Counted from the first letter of the stretch, positions 21,787-31,511 are shown. The stretch is DNA of 39,146 bases from Actinomycetota bacterium (GCA_036257875.1 DATAEV010000043.1:1-39146); one strand, 5' to 3'. The notes: generated by a model from the sequence alone, not told the origin. A program made the numbers and translations.

Positions 21787-22980
21787 ATGCCTCAGGGCAC
21801 CCTTCCCCTGTCCGGTCGCGTTCGCGTCCTCGTGGTCGACGACAACGACGGCTTCCGGGGTTCCCTGGCTGCCCTCCTCGGCGGCGAGGACCTGGAGGTC
21901 GTCGGCCAGGCGTCGAACGGCATCGAGGCGATCGAGCTCGTCAACGAGCTGGGACCCGACGTCGTCCTGATGGACATCCGCATGCCGCAGATGGACGGGA
22001 TCGAGACCACGCGCCGGCTGAAGGCTTTGCACCCCTCGCTCGAGGTCGTGGCGCTCACCGGGCTCGAAGAGGAGCGCGCCGTGCGCGAGATGTTGGTCGC
22101 TGGGGCGTCGGGCTACGTCCTCAAGGATTCCGAGGGCGACGAGATCATCCACGCGGTCCGGCGTGCCGCGAGCGGGGGCGCACTCCTTTCGCCCGACGTC
22201 ACGCCGACCGTGATCGAGCAGCTGCTCGAGGCGCTCGAACGCGAACGAAGGCGGACGCGACAGTTGGAGATCGCGCAGGAAGCGCTGCTCGAGCGCGGGG
22301 CACGCCGGCAACAGCTGATCGGCCGTGTCGGTCATGAGCTCCGCACCCCCGTGACGGTCCTCCTGGGCCTCGCCCAGACGCTTCGCCGTGGAGGGCTCGA
22401 CGACGAGCAGCTCGATGAGGTCCTCGACACGCTGGTGTTCCGCACCGAGGGGCTGGCTCGGCTCGTTCGCCGCTTCGAGGCGGCGATCGAGGCGGGGCTG
22501 ACGGAATGGGCCAACGTGACGGAGCTCGCGAAGGAGGTCGGAACGCGTGATCCGCGGATCCGCGTCGAGGCCCCGCTCGCGCCGGTGATGACGGCTCTGA
22601 ACCGGACCGCCGGCATCCGGATCCTCGAGGAGTTGGTCGAGAACGCGTTGGCGTTCTCGCCGGAGACGACGCAGGTCGTGATCCGCGTCTCCAACGATGA
22701 CGGCATCCCGCAGGTCCGGGTGATCGACCGCGGACAGGGCATCGAGCCCGACGCGATCCCGCGGATCTTCGAGCCGCTCGAACAGGCGCAGGAGCTCCAC
22801 ACGCGCACCCACCCGGGGATCGGCCTGGGACTCAGCCTCGCGAGACTCTCGGCACGCGCGATGGACGGGGACGTGACCCTCGAATCGACCGGCGTCGCCG
22901 GCACCACCTTCCTCTGGTCCGTCGCGGGTGGACCGGGCGTCATCACCGAGCTCCCGCCGCGGATCGCCGCGCTCAGCTAG
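21787..22980 (+). CDS. Hybrid receiver (REC) - HisKA - HATPase_c histidine kinase, with no TM or sensor domain
   Basis: Track ORF 21022..22980 trimmed to ATG 21787. REC: VLVVDDNDGF...DVVLMDIRMPQMDG...VVALT...GYVLKD. H-box: GHELRTPVTVLLG. N/G boxes: LVENALAF, DRGQGI, GIGLGLSLA. Confidence 0.85.
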   Translation: MPQGTLPLSGRVRVLVVDDNDGFRGSLAALLGGEDLEVVGQASNGIEAIELVNELGPDVVLMDIRMPQMDGIETTRRLKALHPSLEVVALTGLEEERAVREMLVAGASGYVLKDSEGDEIIHAVRRAASGGALLSPDVTPTVIEQLLEALERERRRTRQLEIAQEALLERGARRQQLIGRVGHELRTPVTVLLGLAQTLRRGGLDDEQLDEVLDTLVFRTEGLARLVRRFEAAIEAGLTEWANVTELAKEVGTRDPRIRVEAPLAPVMTALNRTAGIRILEELVENALAFSPETTQVVIRVSNDDGIPQVRVIDRGQGIEPDAIPRIFEPLEQAQELHTRTHPGIGLGLSLARLSARAMDGDVTLESTGVAGTTFLWSVAGGPGVITELPPRIAALS

Positions 22981-24125
22981 CTGAACCGGCGCATGTGGAT
23001 GCTCTCGAGCATCCCGACCGCGGTGAAGCTGACGAGGATCGAGGATCCTCCGTACGACAGGAACGGCAACGGGATCCCGGTGATCGGCATGATCCCGATC
23101 ACCATCCCGATGTTGACGAACATCTGGATCGCGAACATCGACGCGATGCCGGCCGCCACGAGCGTGCCGAACGGATCCTTCGATAAGGTCGCGATCCGGA
23201 TCGCGCGCCAGAGGATCAGGGCGTAGAGGAGCAGGACGAACATCGCACCGACGAACCCGAACTCCTCTCCCGCCACGGTGAAGATGAAATCGGTGTGCTG
23301 CTCCGGCACGTAGTCGAGGTTCGTCTGCGTTCCCTTCAGGTACCCCACGCCCGTCAATCCCCCCGACCCGACCGCGATCAATGATTGGTCGAGGTTGTAT
23401 CGGGCGTCCTGGGGAGCGTTCGTCCGGTCGAGGAACGCCGTGAGCCGTTCCCGCTGAAAGTCCTTGATCACGCCGAGTTGGAACGTGAGGAAGATCAAGA
23501 TGAGTCCGGCCGCGGTCAGCATGAGGAGGTGCTTCAGCCTCGTCCCCGCGACCACGAGCATCCCGACGACGATCGCCGCGAGGGCGATCGACGTGCCGAT
23601 GTCCGGCTGGAGGAACACGAGGACCAGCGGGACGGCCGCGACGGCGAGGACCTTCACGACGTCCGACAGGGTGGGTTCCGGCGTTCGCAGTTCGGAGAGG
23701 ACAGCTGCGAGCATCACGATCACCGAGAGCTTCGCGACCTCCGACGGGGTGATCTGGAAGCCGGCGACCACGAACCAGCGCTGCGCGGTCCCGGTGGTGT
23801 CCGTCGCACCGATCCCGGGGACCTTGACGAGCACGAGCGCGGCGAGCGTCGCGAGGTAGATGAACCCTGCGTACACCTTGAAGAAGCGATAGTCGAACGT
23901 CGTGATCACCAACACGATGACGAACCCAAGGATCGCCGTGATCGCCTGCTTCTTGACGCGCACGAAGGGGTCGAGGCTCTCACCGCGAAGGGTCGAGGCC
24001 GTCGCCGAATACAGCAGGAAGAGACCGACGACGACGAGGGCTCCCGTGAGCAAGAGCAGGAACCAATCGACATGGCGGATCGGCCGGCGCTCGTCGGCCC
24101 AGACGCGCCCCGCCACCATGTCCAT
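22977..24125 (-). CDS. rodA: SEDS-family peptidoglycan glycosyltransferase RodA
   Basis: Track ORF trimmed to ATG 24125, which overlaps the mrdA stop by 1 nt. Multi-TM, with QPDIGTS, TDFIFTVAGEEFGFVG and GIPLPFLSYGGSS motifs. It sits directly after mreBCD-mrdA. Confidence 0.9.
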   Translation of the reverse strand: MDMVAGRVWADERRPIRHVDWFLLLLTGALVVVGLFLLYSATASTLRGESLDPFVRVKKQAITAILGFVIVLVITTFDYRFFKVYAGFIYLATLAALVLVKVPGIGATDTTGTAQRWFVVAGFQITPSEVAKLSVIVMLAAVLSELRTPEPTLSDVVKVLAVAAVPLVLVFLQPDIGTSIALAAIVVGMLVVAGTRLKHLLMLTAAGLILIFLTFQLGVIKDFQRERLTAFLDRTNAPQDARYNLDQSLIAVGSGGLTGVGYLKGTQTNLDYVPEQHTDFIFTVAGEEFGFVGAMFVLLLYALILWRAIRIATLSKDPFGTLVAAGIASMFAIQMFVNIGMVIGIMPITGIPLPFLSYGGSSILVSFTAVGMLESIHMRRFS

Positions 24126-26029
24126 CAGCGGTCCCCCACGGCGCAGCCGCCCTGATGGTTGTTCGGCAGGTGGTAGATGTCCTCGATCACGTGCCGGGCG
24201 ATGGGAGCGGCGGCCTCCGCGCCGAAGCCGCCCTGCTCCACCATCGCGATCACGACGTACTTCGGCGCGTTCGGGTTCTCCCCGGCCATCGCCGCGAACC
24301 ACGACGTGTCCTGGTGCGGCGGACGCTCGGCCGTCCCGGTCTTCCCGCCGACCCAGACCTGGGAGGTCGGGAACCCGCTGAACGAGCACTGTGCCGTCCC
24401 CGAGGTGATCACCGAGCCCAACGCTCCACGGACGTAGGCCAGCTCGCTCGGCGTGTATGGGAGCGTGCGGCTGCAGTGATCGTCTGCGTGTTTGACGACG
24501 GCCCCGTCGGGTGCGACCACCTGGTCGACCACGTGGGGTCGGCACAGGTGCCCGCCGTTGGCGATCGCCGAGTATGCCTGGGCGAGCTGCAGGGGCGTCG
24601 CCATCACGTACGTGGAGCCGATCATCGTGAGGATGTCGCCGCCGGGGACCCACCCGTCCGGGAACAGGGTGGGTTGCGTCTTCGCCCACGCCGGGTCGGG
24701 GACCAAGCCGGATCCCTCCGACGGCAGGTCGATCCCCGTCGGCGCTCCGAAGCCGAACCCACGCAGGTCGTTCTGGAGCAGGAGCCCATTATCGGAGAGC
24801 TGGTTCTGGACGTAGCGGAAGTAGAAGTCCGACCCGAAGCGGTCGAACACGGTGTCGCAGGAGATACTGATCGCCTTCGCGAGGCTCATCGTGCCGAGGT
24901 TCGCGGTCGTCCAGTTGTGGAAGACGGTTCCCGACGTGTCGCCCGGATGGGTGTACGTCGCGTCGCACGGGTAGTAGCCACCGAGCGTTGCGAACCCTTC
25001 CTTCAACGCCGCGAGGGCGGTGATCGGCTTGAACGTCGAGCCGGGCACGTACCCCAGCTGCATCGCCCGGTTGAGGGATGGAGCCGCGGCGCTCTTGTAG
25101 AGGTAGCTCGCCTGACTCTTCGTGAGTCCCTGCACCAACCAACGCGGGTCGTAGCTCGGGAGCGACGCCATCGCCTTGATCGCGCCCGTCTGCGCGTCCA
25201 TCACGATCACCGCTCCGGCATTGGCTTTCAGCGGCAGCCCGTTGATGTCGTGGCCGCTGCGAGCCCGAGCCAGCTCATCCGCCAGCTCACGTTCGGCAGC
25301 GCGTTGGATCCGGAGATCCAACGTGAGATGCAGATCGTCCCCCGCGGTCGGGTCCTTCACGCCGAGCGCACGGATCGTCTCTCCGTCGGAATTCACGATG
25401 AACTTCTGGACGCCTTGGCTTCCCCGCAGGAAACGCTCATACACCTGTTCGAGGCCCGAGTGTCCGATCACGTCGGACTGCACGTAGCCCTTGTCCTTCA
25501 ACCGGTCGTACTCGGAGGCGAAGATCGGGCTGACGTATCCGAAGATGTGCGCGGCGGTGCGTCCCTGCGGGTACGCGCGCACCGAGGTCGGGACCACGTC
25601 GACGCCCGGGAACAGATCCTGGTACTCGGCGATGTAATTTCGTACCTGCGGCTGGACGAACTCCGCGACCGGGATCGGCTGGAACGAGTAGTACTTGTTG
25701 GTCTGCAGCCGAGCCACGAGCCGGCGGACGGGAACGTTCAGGAGGTGCGCCAACCGGTAGACGACCGCTTCCGCCTGGCTCCCCATAGCGTCACGGTTGA
25801 CGCGGACCTCGAGGCTCTCCTGATTCTCGACCAGCGGGCGGCCCCGGTCGTCGTACATCAGGCCACGCAACGGTTCCGTGTACACGAACCGGACGCTGTT
25901 GTCCCGGGCCTCCTGTTGGAACTGGGTCGTCGCGAGGACCTGGAGGAACCACAGCCGGGTCGAGAGCGCGACGAACATCAACGCCACCAGCAGCGCCAGC
26001 ACCTTGATCCTGGACGACATCTTGTCCAT
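24125..26029 (-). CDS. mrdA: Penicillin-binding protein 2 (elongasome transpeptidase)
   Basis: N-terminal TM anchor, STFKP (SxxK), KTGTA, and an operon position between mreD and rodA. Confidence 0.9.
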   Translation of the reverse strand: MDKMSSRIKVLALLVALMFVALSTRLWFLQVLATTQFQQEARDNSVRFVYTEPLRGLMYDDRGRPLVENQESLEVRVNRDAMGSQAEAVVYRLAHLLNVPVRRLVARLQTNKYYSFQPIPVAEFVQPQVRNYIAEYQDLFPGVDVVPTSVRAYPQGRTAAHIFGYVSPIFASEYDRLKDKGYVQSDVIGHSGLEQVYERFLRGSQGVQKFIVNSDGETIRALGVKDPTAGDDLHLTLDLRIQRAAERELADELARARSGHDINGLPLKANAGAVIVMDAQTGAIKAMASLPSYDPRWLVQGLTKSQASYLYKSAAAPSLNRAMQLGYVPGSTFKPITALAALKEGFATLGGYYPCDATYTHPGDTSGTVFHNWTTANLGTMSLAKAISISCDTVFDRFGSDFYFRYVQNQLSDNGLLLQNDLRGFGFGAPTGIDLPSEGSGLVPDPAWAKTQPTLFPDGWVPGGDILTMIGSTYVMATPLQLAQAYSAIANGGHLCRPHVVDQVVAPDGAVVKHADDHCSRTLPYTPSELAYVRGALGSVITSGTAQCSFSGFPTSQVWVGGKTGTAERPPHQDTSWFAAMAGENPNAPKYVVIAMVEQGGFGAEAAAPIARHVIEDIYHLPNNHQGGCAVGDR

Positions 26030-26539
26030 CTAGAACCGCACCACCCTCCGAGGTCGGGATCCCTCGGTGATGCGTCGCAGGAGGGGGTAAAGGATCGGCG
26101 TAAGCACGGCGTTGTACAGAGCCGCTAGGAGGGCAACGCGAACACCGTATGCCGCTTGCTCGTGGAAGTTCCCGAGCAGCACCGACACGATCTCGTAGAA
26201 GGCCAGGCCCGCGGCCGTTCCGACCGCCACGACGATCGTCGGCACGAGCGGCGACGGCGACACGATGAACTGCCGGAACATCCCGACCGAGTAGCCGAGG
26301 AGCGTGAGCGTGAGTGCGGTCAGTCCCTTCGGTTCGTTCATCAGGAAGTCTTGCGCGAGGCCGCTCGCGAATCCGACGGTCGCACCCTCGTTCGGGCCCT
26401 CGAGCAGAGCGATCGCGATCGTCACGAGATAGAGCAGCTCGGGTCGAACGCCCAGCAGACGGAGCTGTCCGAAGACGGTGGATTGCAAGAGCAGCGCCGT
26501 CACCACCACCGCGGCGATCGCGAGGACCCTGCGGATCAC
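26030..26539 (-). CDS. mreD: Rod shape-determining protein MreD
   Basis: 169 aa polytopic membrane protein directly after mreC. GTGA overlap 26536-26539. Confidence 0.8.
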   Translation of the reverse strand: MIRRVLAIAAVVVTALLLQSTVFGQLRLLGVRPELLYLVTIAIALLEGPNEGATVGFASGLAQDFLMNEPKGLTALTLTLLGYSVGMFRQFIVSPSPLVPTIVVAVGTAAGLAFYEIVSVLLGNFHEQAAYGVRVALLAALYNAVLTPILYPLLRRITEGSRPRRVVRF

Positions 26540-27420
26540 CCCGTCGAGCCTCCCTGGCCCTGATCGGTCTTGTAGACGAGGACGTACTCGAGCGCCGAGA
26601 AGTCGACCGCCGGTCGGACGGTGACCGCGGTCTCGAGCGCATTGGTGCTCTGGATCACGCTCGCGACCTCACCGATCAGGATCCCCGGCGGGTACAGGCC
26701 ATGCTGGCCGTTGATCTCGTAACTCACGGTGAACACCTGGACGGGCTGGTCACCGTCGAGCGGGATCTGCGTGTCCTGAGGGATGCCGTCCATCCGGGGA
26801 TCCTGCTCCCCTCGCCCGCGGACCAGTCCGGTGGCGCGGGTCGGGCTGAGGCGTCCAGCGACCGCGAAGTTCTGATCGATCAAGAGCTGCACGTCAGCCG
26901 AGACGGGCGTGACGGAGACGACGCGGCCCACCAGACGCGGTGTCGTCGCCGATCCGGCGACGACCGGCTGATCGACCGCCACCCCGTCGTCCGAGCCCGC
27001 GCTGATCGTGATCGTCCATTCGAAGTTCGAAACACCGTTCCCGATCACGACGGCCGGGATGCCGGTGGGGTCGAGCGTCTGCTTCAGGTGTAACAGGTCC
27101 TCCAGCGTTCGGAGTCGGTCCTGGATATCGCCGGCGCCGGCGATCTGGGTCTGGAGGTCGGCGACCTGCCCCCGCAGATCCGCGTTGTCTCGCTCCAGCG
27201 AGGGCAGGTGTGCGAGGCCGGAGAAGAAGTCGCCGATCGGGCGCGTGACCGTTGAGACACCCTGCTGCAGAGGAGCCATCACGGTCTGTGTCCAACGACC
27301 CGCCTCGGCCAGCGGGCCTGCGTCGCCCTCCCGATAGTCGAGCGTGATGATCGCGAGCGAGATCGAAACGAGCGCGATGACGAGCAGCCGCGTGCTGCGG
27401 GGGCGTGAGCGCGTGACCAC
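26536..27420 (-). CDS. mreC: Rod shape-determining protein MreC
   Basis: N-terminal TM helix, a coiled coil (NADLRGQVADLQTQI), then beta-rich domains. It lies between mreB and mreD. GTG start. Confidence 0.85.
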   Translation of the reverse strand: MVTRSRPRSTRLLVIALVSISLAIITLDYREGDAGPLAEAGRWTQTVMAPLQQGVSTVTRPIGDFFSGLAHLPSLERDNADLRGQVADLQTQIAGAGDIQDRLRTLEDLLHLKQTLDPTGIPAVVIGNGVSNFEWTITISAGSDDGVAVDQPVVAGSATTPRLVGRVVSVTPVSADVQLLIDQNFAVAGRLSPTRATGLVRGRGEQDPRMDGIPQDTQIPLDGDQPVQVFTVSYEINGQHGLYPPGILIGEVASVIQSTNALETAVTVRPAVDFSALEYVLVYKTDQGQGGSTG

Positions 27421-27426
27421 GCCGGT

Positions 27427-28512
27427 CTACCGCCGGCTGCTCGGGCTCACCAGGACGCGCTGCAGAACCTCGAACTCCTCGAGGCACTTCCCTGAGCCGA
27501 GCACCACCGCCTGCAGCGGTGTGTCGGAGATCCGGACCGGCATGCCGGTCTCGTGGCGGAGCCGCTTGTCGAGACCACGCAAGAGCGCGCCGCCGCCGGT
27601 AAGGACGATCCCGCGATCCATGATGTCCGCTGCGAGCTCGGGCGGGGTCCGGTCGAGCGTCGTCTTGATCGCGTCGATGATCGCGTTCACGGGTTCCTCG
27701 ATCGCGCGACGGATCTCCTCCGCGCTGATCGTGATCGTCTTCGGAAGGCCCGAAACCAGGTCTCGTCCCTTGATCTCGGCGACCAGCTCGTCCGGCGTGG
27801 GGAAGACCGACGCGATCGCGAGCTTGATCGCCTCAGACGTGCGTTCTCCGAGCAGGAGCGAGTACTCCTTCTTGACGTGCTGGATGATCGCCTCGTCCAG
27901 CTCGTCTCCGCCGATCCGGATGCTCGTCGACGTGACGATCCCGCCGAGGGAGATCACCGCGACCTCGGTCGTTCCCCCGCCGATGTCGACGATCATGTTC
28001 CCCGTCGGCTCGTGGATCGGGAGACCGGCTCCGATCGCCGCTGCCATCGGTTCCTCGATGATGTACGCGCGACGGCTGCCCGCGGCGATCGTCGCTTCCT
28101 CAACGGCGCGTTGCTCCACGCCGGTGATCCCGGACGGGACGCAGACGACGACGCGTGGCTTCGCGAGCAACCGCCGCTTGTGCACCCGTTGGATGAAGTA
28201 CCGCAGCATCTTCTCCGTGACGTCGAAATCCGCGATCACGCCGTCCTTCAATGGGCGGACCGCCTGGATATGGCTCGGGGTGCGCCCGATCATCCGTTTG
28301 GCTTCGGCGCCCACGGCCAGGATGGCGCCGGTAAGGGTGTTGATCGCGACGACGGACGGCTCGTTCAGGACCACCCCGCGACCGCGAACGTAGACGAGCG
28401 TGTTCGCGGTCCCGAGGTCGACCGCCATATCGCGACCAAGGAACCCGAGAACCCCCTCCGTTCCCTGGGAACGGGACGTGGGGGAAGGCGAATGCTGAAC
28501 CCTTTCGGCCAT
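27427..28512 (-). CDS. mreB: Rod shape-determining actin homologue MreB
   Basis: DMAVDLGTANTLVYVRG, VVCVPSGITGVE and MIVDIGGGTTEVAVISLGG. The N-terminal ~20 aa may be shorter if an internal GTG is used. Confidence 0.95.
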   Translation of the reverse strand: MAERVQHSPSPTSRSQGTEGVLGFLGRDMAVDLGTANTLVYVRGRGVVLNEPSVVAINTLTGAILAVGAEAKRMIGRTPSHIQAVRPLKDGVIADFDVTEKMLRYFIQRVHKRRLLAKPRVVVCVPSGITGVEQRAVEEATIAAGSRRAYIIEEPMAAAIGAGLPIHEPTGNMIVDIGGGTTEVAVISLGGIVTSTSIRIGGDELDEAIIQHVKKEYSLLLGERTSEAIKLAIASVFPTPDELVAEIKGRDLVSGLPKTITISAEEIRRAIEEPVNAIIDAIKTTLDRTPPELAADIMDRGIVLTGGGALLRGLDKRLRHETGMPVRISDTPLQAVVLGSGKCLEEFEVLQRVLVSPSSRR

Positions 28513-28598
28513 GGGTTTTGCGCGCGCTCATTCAACAGGACCGGGACGGAGGCTGGCAACCGGGGACGGGAAAGGCATAGGGGTGTCATAGGTCGGGG

Positions 28599-28723
28599 TG
28601 CAGGTCGCGCTGGCGCCGTCGCCGCGATCGGTCCCGGTTCAGTGGCATCGAGGAGCCGCTCGCGGCGCGTCGTCAGGCGCGCGACCTGCACCTCTCTCGA
28701 CCTGCACCCCTCCGCGACCTGCG
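28599..28723. promoter_or_regulatory. Candidate operator array in the mreB/fabD divergent region: CGACCTGC(A/G) three times direct, plus one inverted copy
   Basis: TGCAGGTCG lies at 28599-28607 (inverted). CGACCTGCA lies at 28682-28690 and 28698-28706, and CGACCTGCG at 28715-28723, with 16-17 nt spacing. The last copy is 25 nt upstream of the fabD ATG. Confidence 0.45.
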
Positions 28724-28747
28724 GCCCTCGCCGTTACGCTGCTGGGC

Positions 28748-29665
28748 ATGGGGTACGCGGTCGTGTTCCCGGGGCAGGGGTCGCAGTTCGTCGGGATGGC
28801 GGATGGCTGGGCGTCCGATCCGGCAGGGAAGGCGGTGCTCGATGAAGCATCGGAGGCGATGGGCCAGGACGTCGTCGCCGGGTGTCACGATGAGGACGCG
28901 CTCGCCACGACGGAGTTCGTGCAACCGGCGCTGCTCGCATGCGACGTCGCAGCCTTCGAGGTGATGCGGCACGACGGCGCGATCGATCCCGTCGGGGTGG
29001 CGGGGCATTCGCTCGGCGAGTTCGCGGCCCTGGTCGCCGGCGGCGCGATGTCGTTCCGCGACGCACTCGAGCTCGTCGTGATCCGCGGCGTGGCGATGCA
29101 GCGTGCGGGTGAGGACCAGCCGGGCGGGATGACGGCGCTGCTCGGCATCGGCTCCGCCGATGCCGAGCAGCTCTGCGCCGAAGTCCGCAGGGACGGGGTG
29201 CTGGTCGTCGCGAACGAGAACTCCCCCGTCCAGGTCGTGGCGAGCGGCTCGATCCCCGCGATCGAGCGGCTCGAGGCGCTCGCCGCCGAGCGCAAGGTCC
29301 GAACCGTGCGACTCGGGGTTGCGGGGGCCTTCCACAGCGAGCTGATGCGGCCGGCGCTGCCCGTGGTCAGCGAGGCGCTGGATGCGATCGAGATCCGGGA
29401 TCCCCGGATGGCGATCGCCGAGAACGTCACCGGCGAGCTCGTCACGGCCGCCGGACGGCTGCGGGAGCTCCTCGCGATGCAGTTGGTCTCGCCGGTCCGT
29501 TGGGACACGGGCATCCGCTCGCTGGCCGAGGCCGGAGCGACGACCTTCATCGAGGCGGGACCCGGCGAGGTCCTGACCAAGCTGATGAAGCGTATCGACC
29601 CGTCGGTGCGGGCGGTCGCAGCCGGCTCGCCCGTCGCGGCCCGCACCGCCGTCGCGGCCACCTGA
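28748..29665 (+). CDS. fabD: Malonyl-CoA:ACP transacylase
   Basis: Track ORF trimmed to ATG 28748. VFPGQGSQFVGM and GHSLGEFAAL motifs. Confidence 0.92.
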   Translation: MGYAVVFPGQGSQFVGMADGWASDPAGKAVLDEASEAMGQDVVAGCHDEDALATTEFVQPALLACDVAAFEVMRHDGAIDPVGVAGHSLGEFAALVAGGAMSFRDALELVVIRGVAMQRAGEDQPGGMTALLGIGSADAEQLCAEVRRDGVLVVANENSPVQVVASGSIPAIERLEALAAERKVRTVRLGVAGAFHSELMRPALPVVSEALDAIEIRDPRMAIAENVTGELVTAAGRLRELLAMQLVSPVRWDTGIRSLAEAGATTFIEAGPGEVLTKLMKRIDPSVRAVAAGSPVAARTAVAAT

Positions 29666-29701
29666 TCGCGCAGCCACCGTGCTGCCCTTCCGATATCCTC
29701 G

Positions 29702-30709
29702 GTGGCCGTGAGCAGACACGCCACCATCACCGGCGTTGGCTCGTCGCTCCCTCCCCGCCTCGTCCCCAACACGTGGTTCGAGGCACGGATCGACACGACC
29801 GACGAATGGATCCGGAGCCGTACCGGCATCGAGGCACGCCATTTCGCCGACGACGGAGTCGTGACCTCGGATCTCGCCGTCGAGGCCGCGCTGATCGCGC
29901 TCCGAACGGCCGGGATCCCCGCGGAACAGCTCGACATGATCGTGTGCGCCAGCGTCACCGGGGACACCCCGTTCCCGGCGACCGCGGTGTGGGTGCAGGA
30001 GAAGCTCGGGCTCTCGTGCCCGGCCTTCGACGTGAACGCCGCGTGCGCAGGCTTCTCCTACGGTCTGGCCACCGCCTCGGCATTCGTCGAGGCCGGGATG
30101 GCCGACACGGTCTTGTTGATCGGCGCCGAGGTGTTCAGCCGGATCCTCGACTTCACCGATCGGCAGACCTGTGTGCTGTTCGGTGACGGTGCGGGCGCGA
30201 CCGTGATCCAGGCGAGCGATCGGGCGGGGATCGAAGGGACGGTGCTCGGAGCGGACGGCACAGCGACCGAGATCCTGCTGGTTCCCGCCGGTGGCTCGCG
30301 CGAGCCGGCGTCCGCGGAGACCGTGGCGGCCTCGCGACACCGGATCCGGATGCCGAACGGCCGGGAGGTGTTCAAGCGGGCCGTGACCGAGATGGCGGCG
30401 TCCTGTCGGGAGGTTCTCGAGAAGAACGGACACTCTCCCGACGACGTCGACCTGCTGATCCCCCACCAGGCGAACGCGCGCATCATGGTCGCCGTCGCCG
30501 AACGCCTGGGGATCCCGCTGGAGCGAGCGGTCGTCGATGTCGCCGAGGTCGGGAACACGAGCGCCGCGTCCATCCCGATCGCGCTCGATCGGGCCTACCG
30601 CGCCGGGCGCATCCACGAGGGCGATCTCGTGCTGTTCACGTCGTTCGGCGCCGGACTCACGTGGGGCGCCACCGCGATCCGTTGGACGATGCCGGGGATC
30701 ATGCCGTGA
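29702..30709 (+). CDS. fabH: 3-oxoacyl-ACP synthase III
   Basis: NAACAGFSYGL (active Cys), HQANARI and GNTSAASIP. Confidence 0.92.
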   Translation: MAVSRHATITGVGSSLPPRLVPNTWFEARIDTTDEWIRSRTGIEARHFADDGVVTSDLAVEAALIALRTAGIPAEQLDMIVCASVTGDTPFPATAVWVQEKLGLSCPAFDVNAACAGFSYGLATASAFVEAGMADTVLLIGAEVFSRILDFTDRQTCVLFGDGAGATVIQASDRAGIEGTVLGADGTATEILLVPAGGSREPASAETVAASRHRIRMPNGREVFKRAVTEMAASCREVLEKNGHSPDDVDLLIPHQANARIMVAVAERLGIPLERAVVDVAEVGNTSAASIPIALDRAYRAGRIHEGDLVLFTSFGAGLTWGATAIRWTMPGIMP

Positions 30710-31443
30710 CGGCGAAGATCGCCGTCGTCACGGGTGGGTCGCGCGGGATCGGGCGCGCGTGCGCGGTCGCGCTCGCGGAGGCTGGCTGGACCGTCGCGAT
30801 CGGATACCGATCGAGCGAGAAAGACGCGAAAGAGACGGTCGAGGCGCTGACGGCTGCCGGCACACAGGGCCTCGCCGTCGCCCTCGACGTCAGCGACGAG
30901 GCAAGCGTCCACGAGGCGTTCCGCCGCGTGACCGACGAGGTCGGGAACGTCACCGGCCTCGTGAACAACGCCGGGATGTCGCGCGACGGCCTGCTGATCA
31001 AGTACCCGATGGACGTGTACGAGCAGACGATGGCAACGAACCTCCGCGGTTCGTTCCTCTGCTCGCAAGCGGCGCTCAGGGGGATGCTGCGCGAGAAGTG
31101 GGGGCGGATCGTCAACATGTCGAGCGCGGTCGCTATCCACGGCAACGCCGGTCAGACCGTCTACGCCGCCACCAAGTCCGGCCTCGTCGGCCTCACGAAG
31201 TCGCTCGCACGCGAGATGGCCTCCAAGGGCGTCACGGTCAACGCGCTGTGCCCCGGGTTGCTCGATACGGACATGACCTCGCATCTCACGGAGGAGATGC
31301 GCGCCTACTACATCGACCAGACGCCGCTGCACCGTGCCGCTCGGTTCGAGGAGGTGGCTGCGGTCGTCCGATTCCTCATGTCCGAGGAGGCCTCGTACGT
31401 GAACGGCACGGTGATCCCCGTCGACGGTGGGTTGACCGCGTAG
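30706..31443 (+). CDS. fabG: 3-oxoacyl-ACP reductase
   Basis: Track ORF trimmed to the GTG overlapping the fabH stop (GTGA 30706-30709). VTGGSRGIGRA, NNAG and YAATKSG (YxxxK). Confidence 0.9.
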   Translation: MTAKIAVVTGGSRGIGRACAVALAEAGWTVAIGYRSSEKDAKETVEALTAAGTQGLAVALDVSDEASVHEAFRRVTDEVGNVTGLVNNAGMSRDGLLIKYPMDVYEQTMATNLRGSFLCSQAALRGMLREKWGRIVNMSSAVAIHGNAGQTVYAATKSGLVGLTKSLAREMASKGVTVNALCPGLLDTDMTSHLTEEMRAYYIDQTPLHRAARFEEVAAVVRFLMSEEASYVNGTVIPVDGGLTA

Positions 31444-31511
31444 TGGATAGGCTGACCAGCCACGACCCAGAACCAGCCCAGAACCAGCCGAGAAGCAGGA
31501 GGAACGTGTCG

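Noticed and set aside
21298-22812. 504-aa minus-strand ORF opposite the REC-histidine kinase. The same type occurs at 24155..26128 (+, 657 aa), 28673..30616 (-, 647 aa), 16302..17291 (+), 17021..18082 (+), 13210..14232 (+), 35361..36596 (+), 33275..34744 (+), 31721..32764 (-) and 19967..21025 (+).
   Set aside because: These are Arg/Pro/Gly/Asp-rich, motif-free translations lying exactly antisense to genes with clear family signatures. They are typical shadow ORFs of GC-rich DNA.
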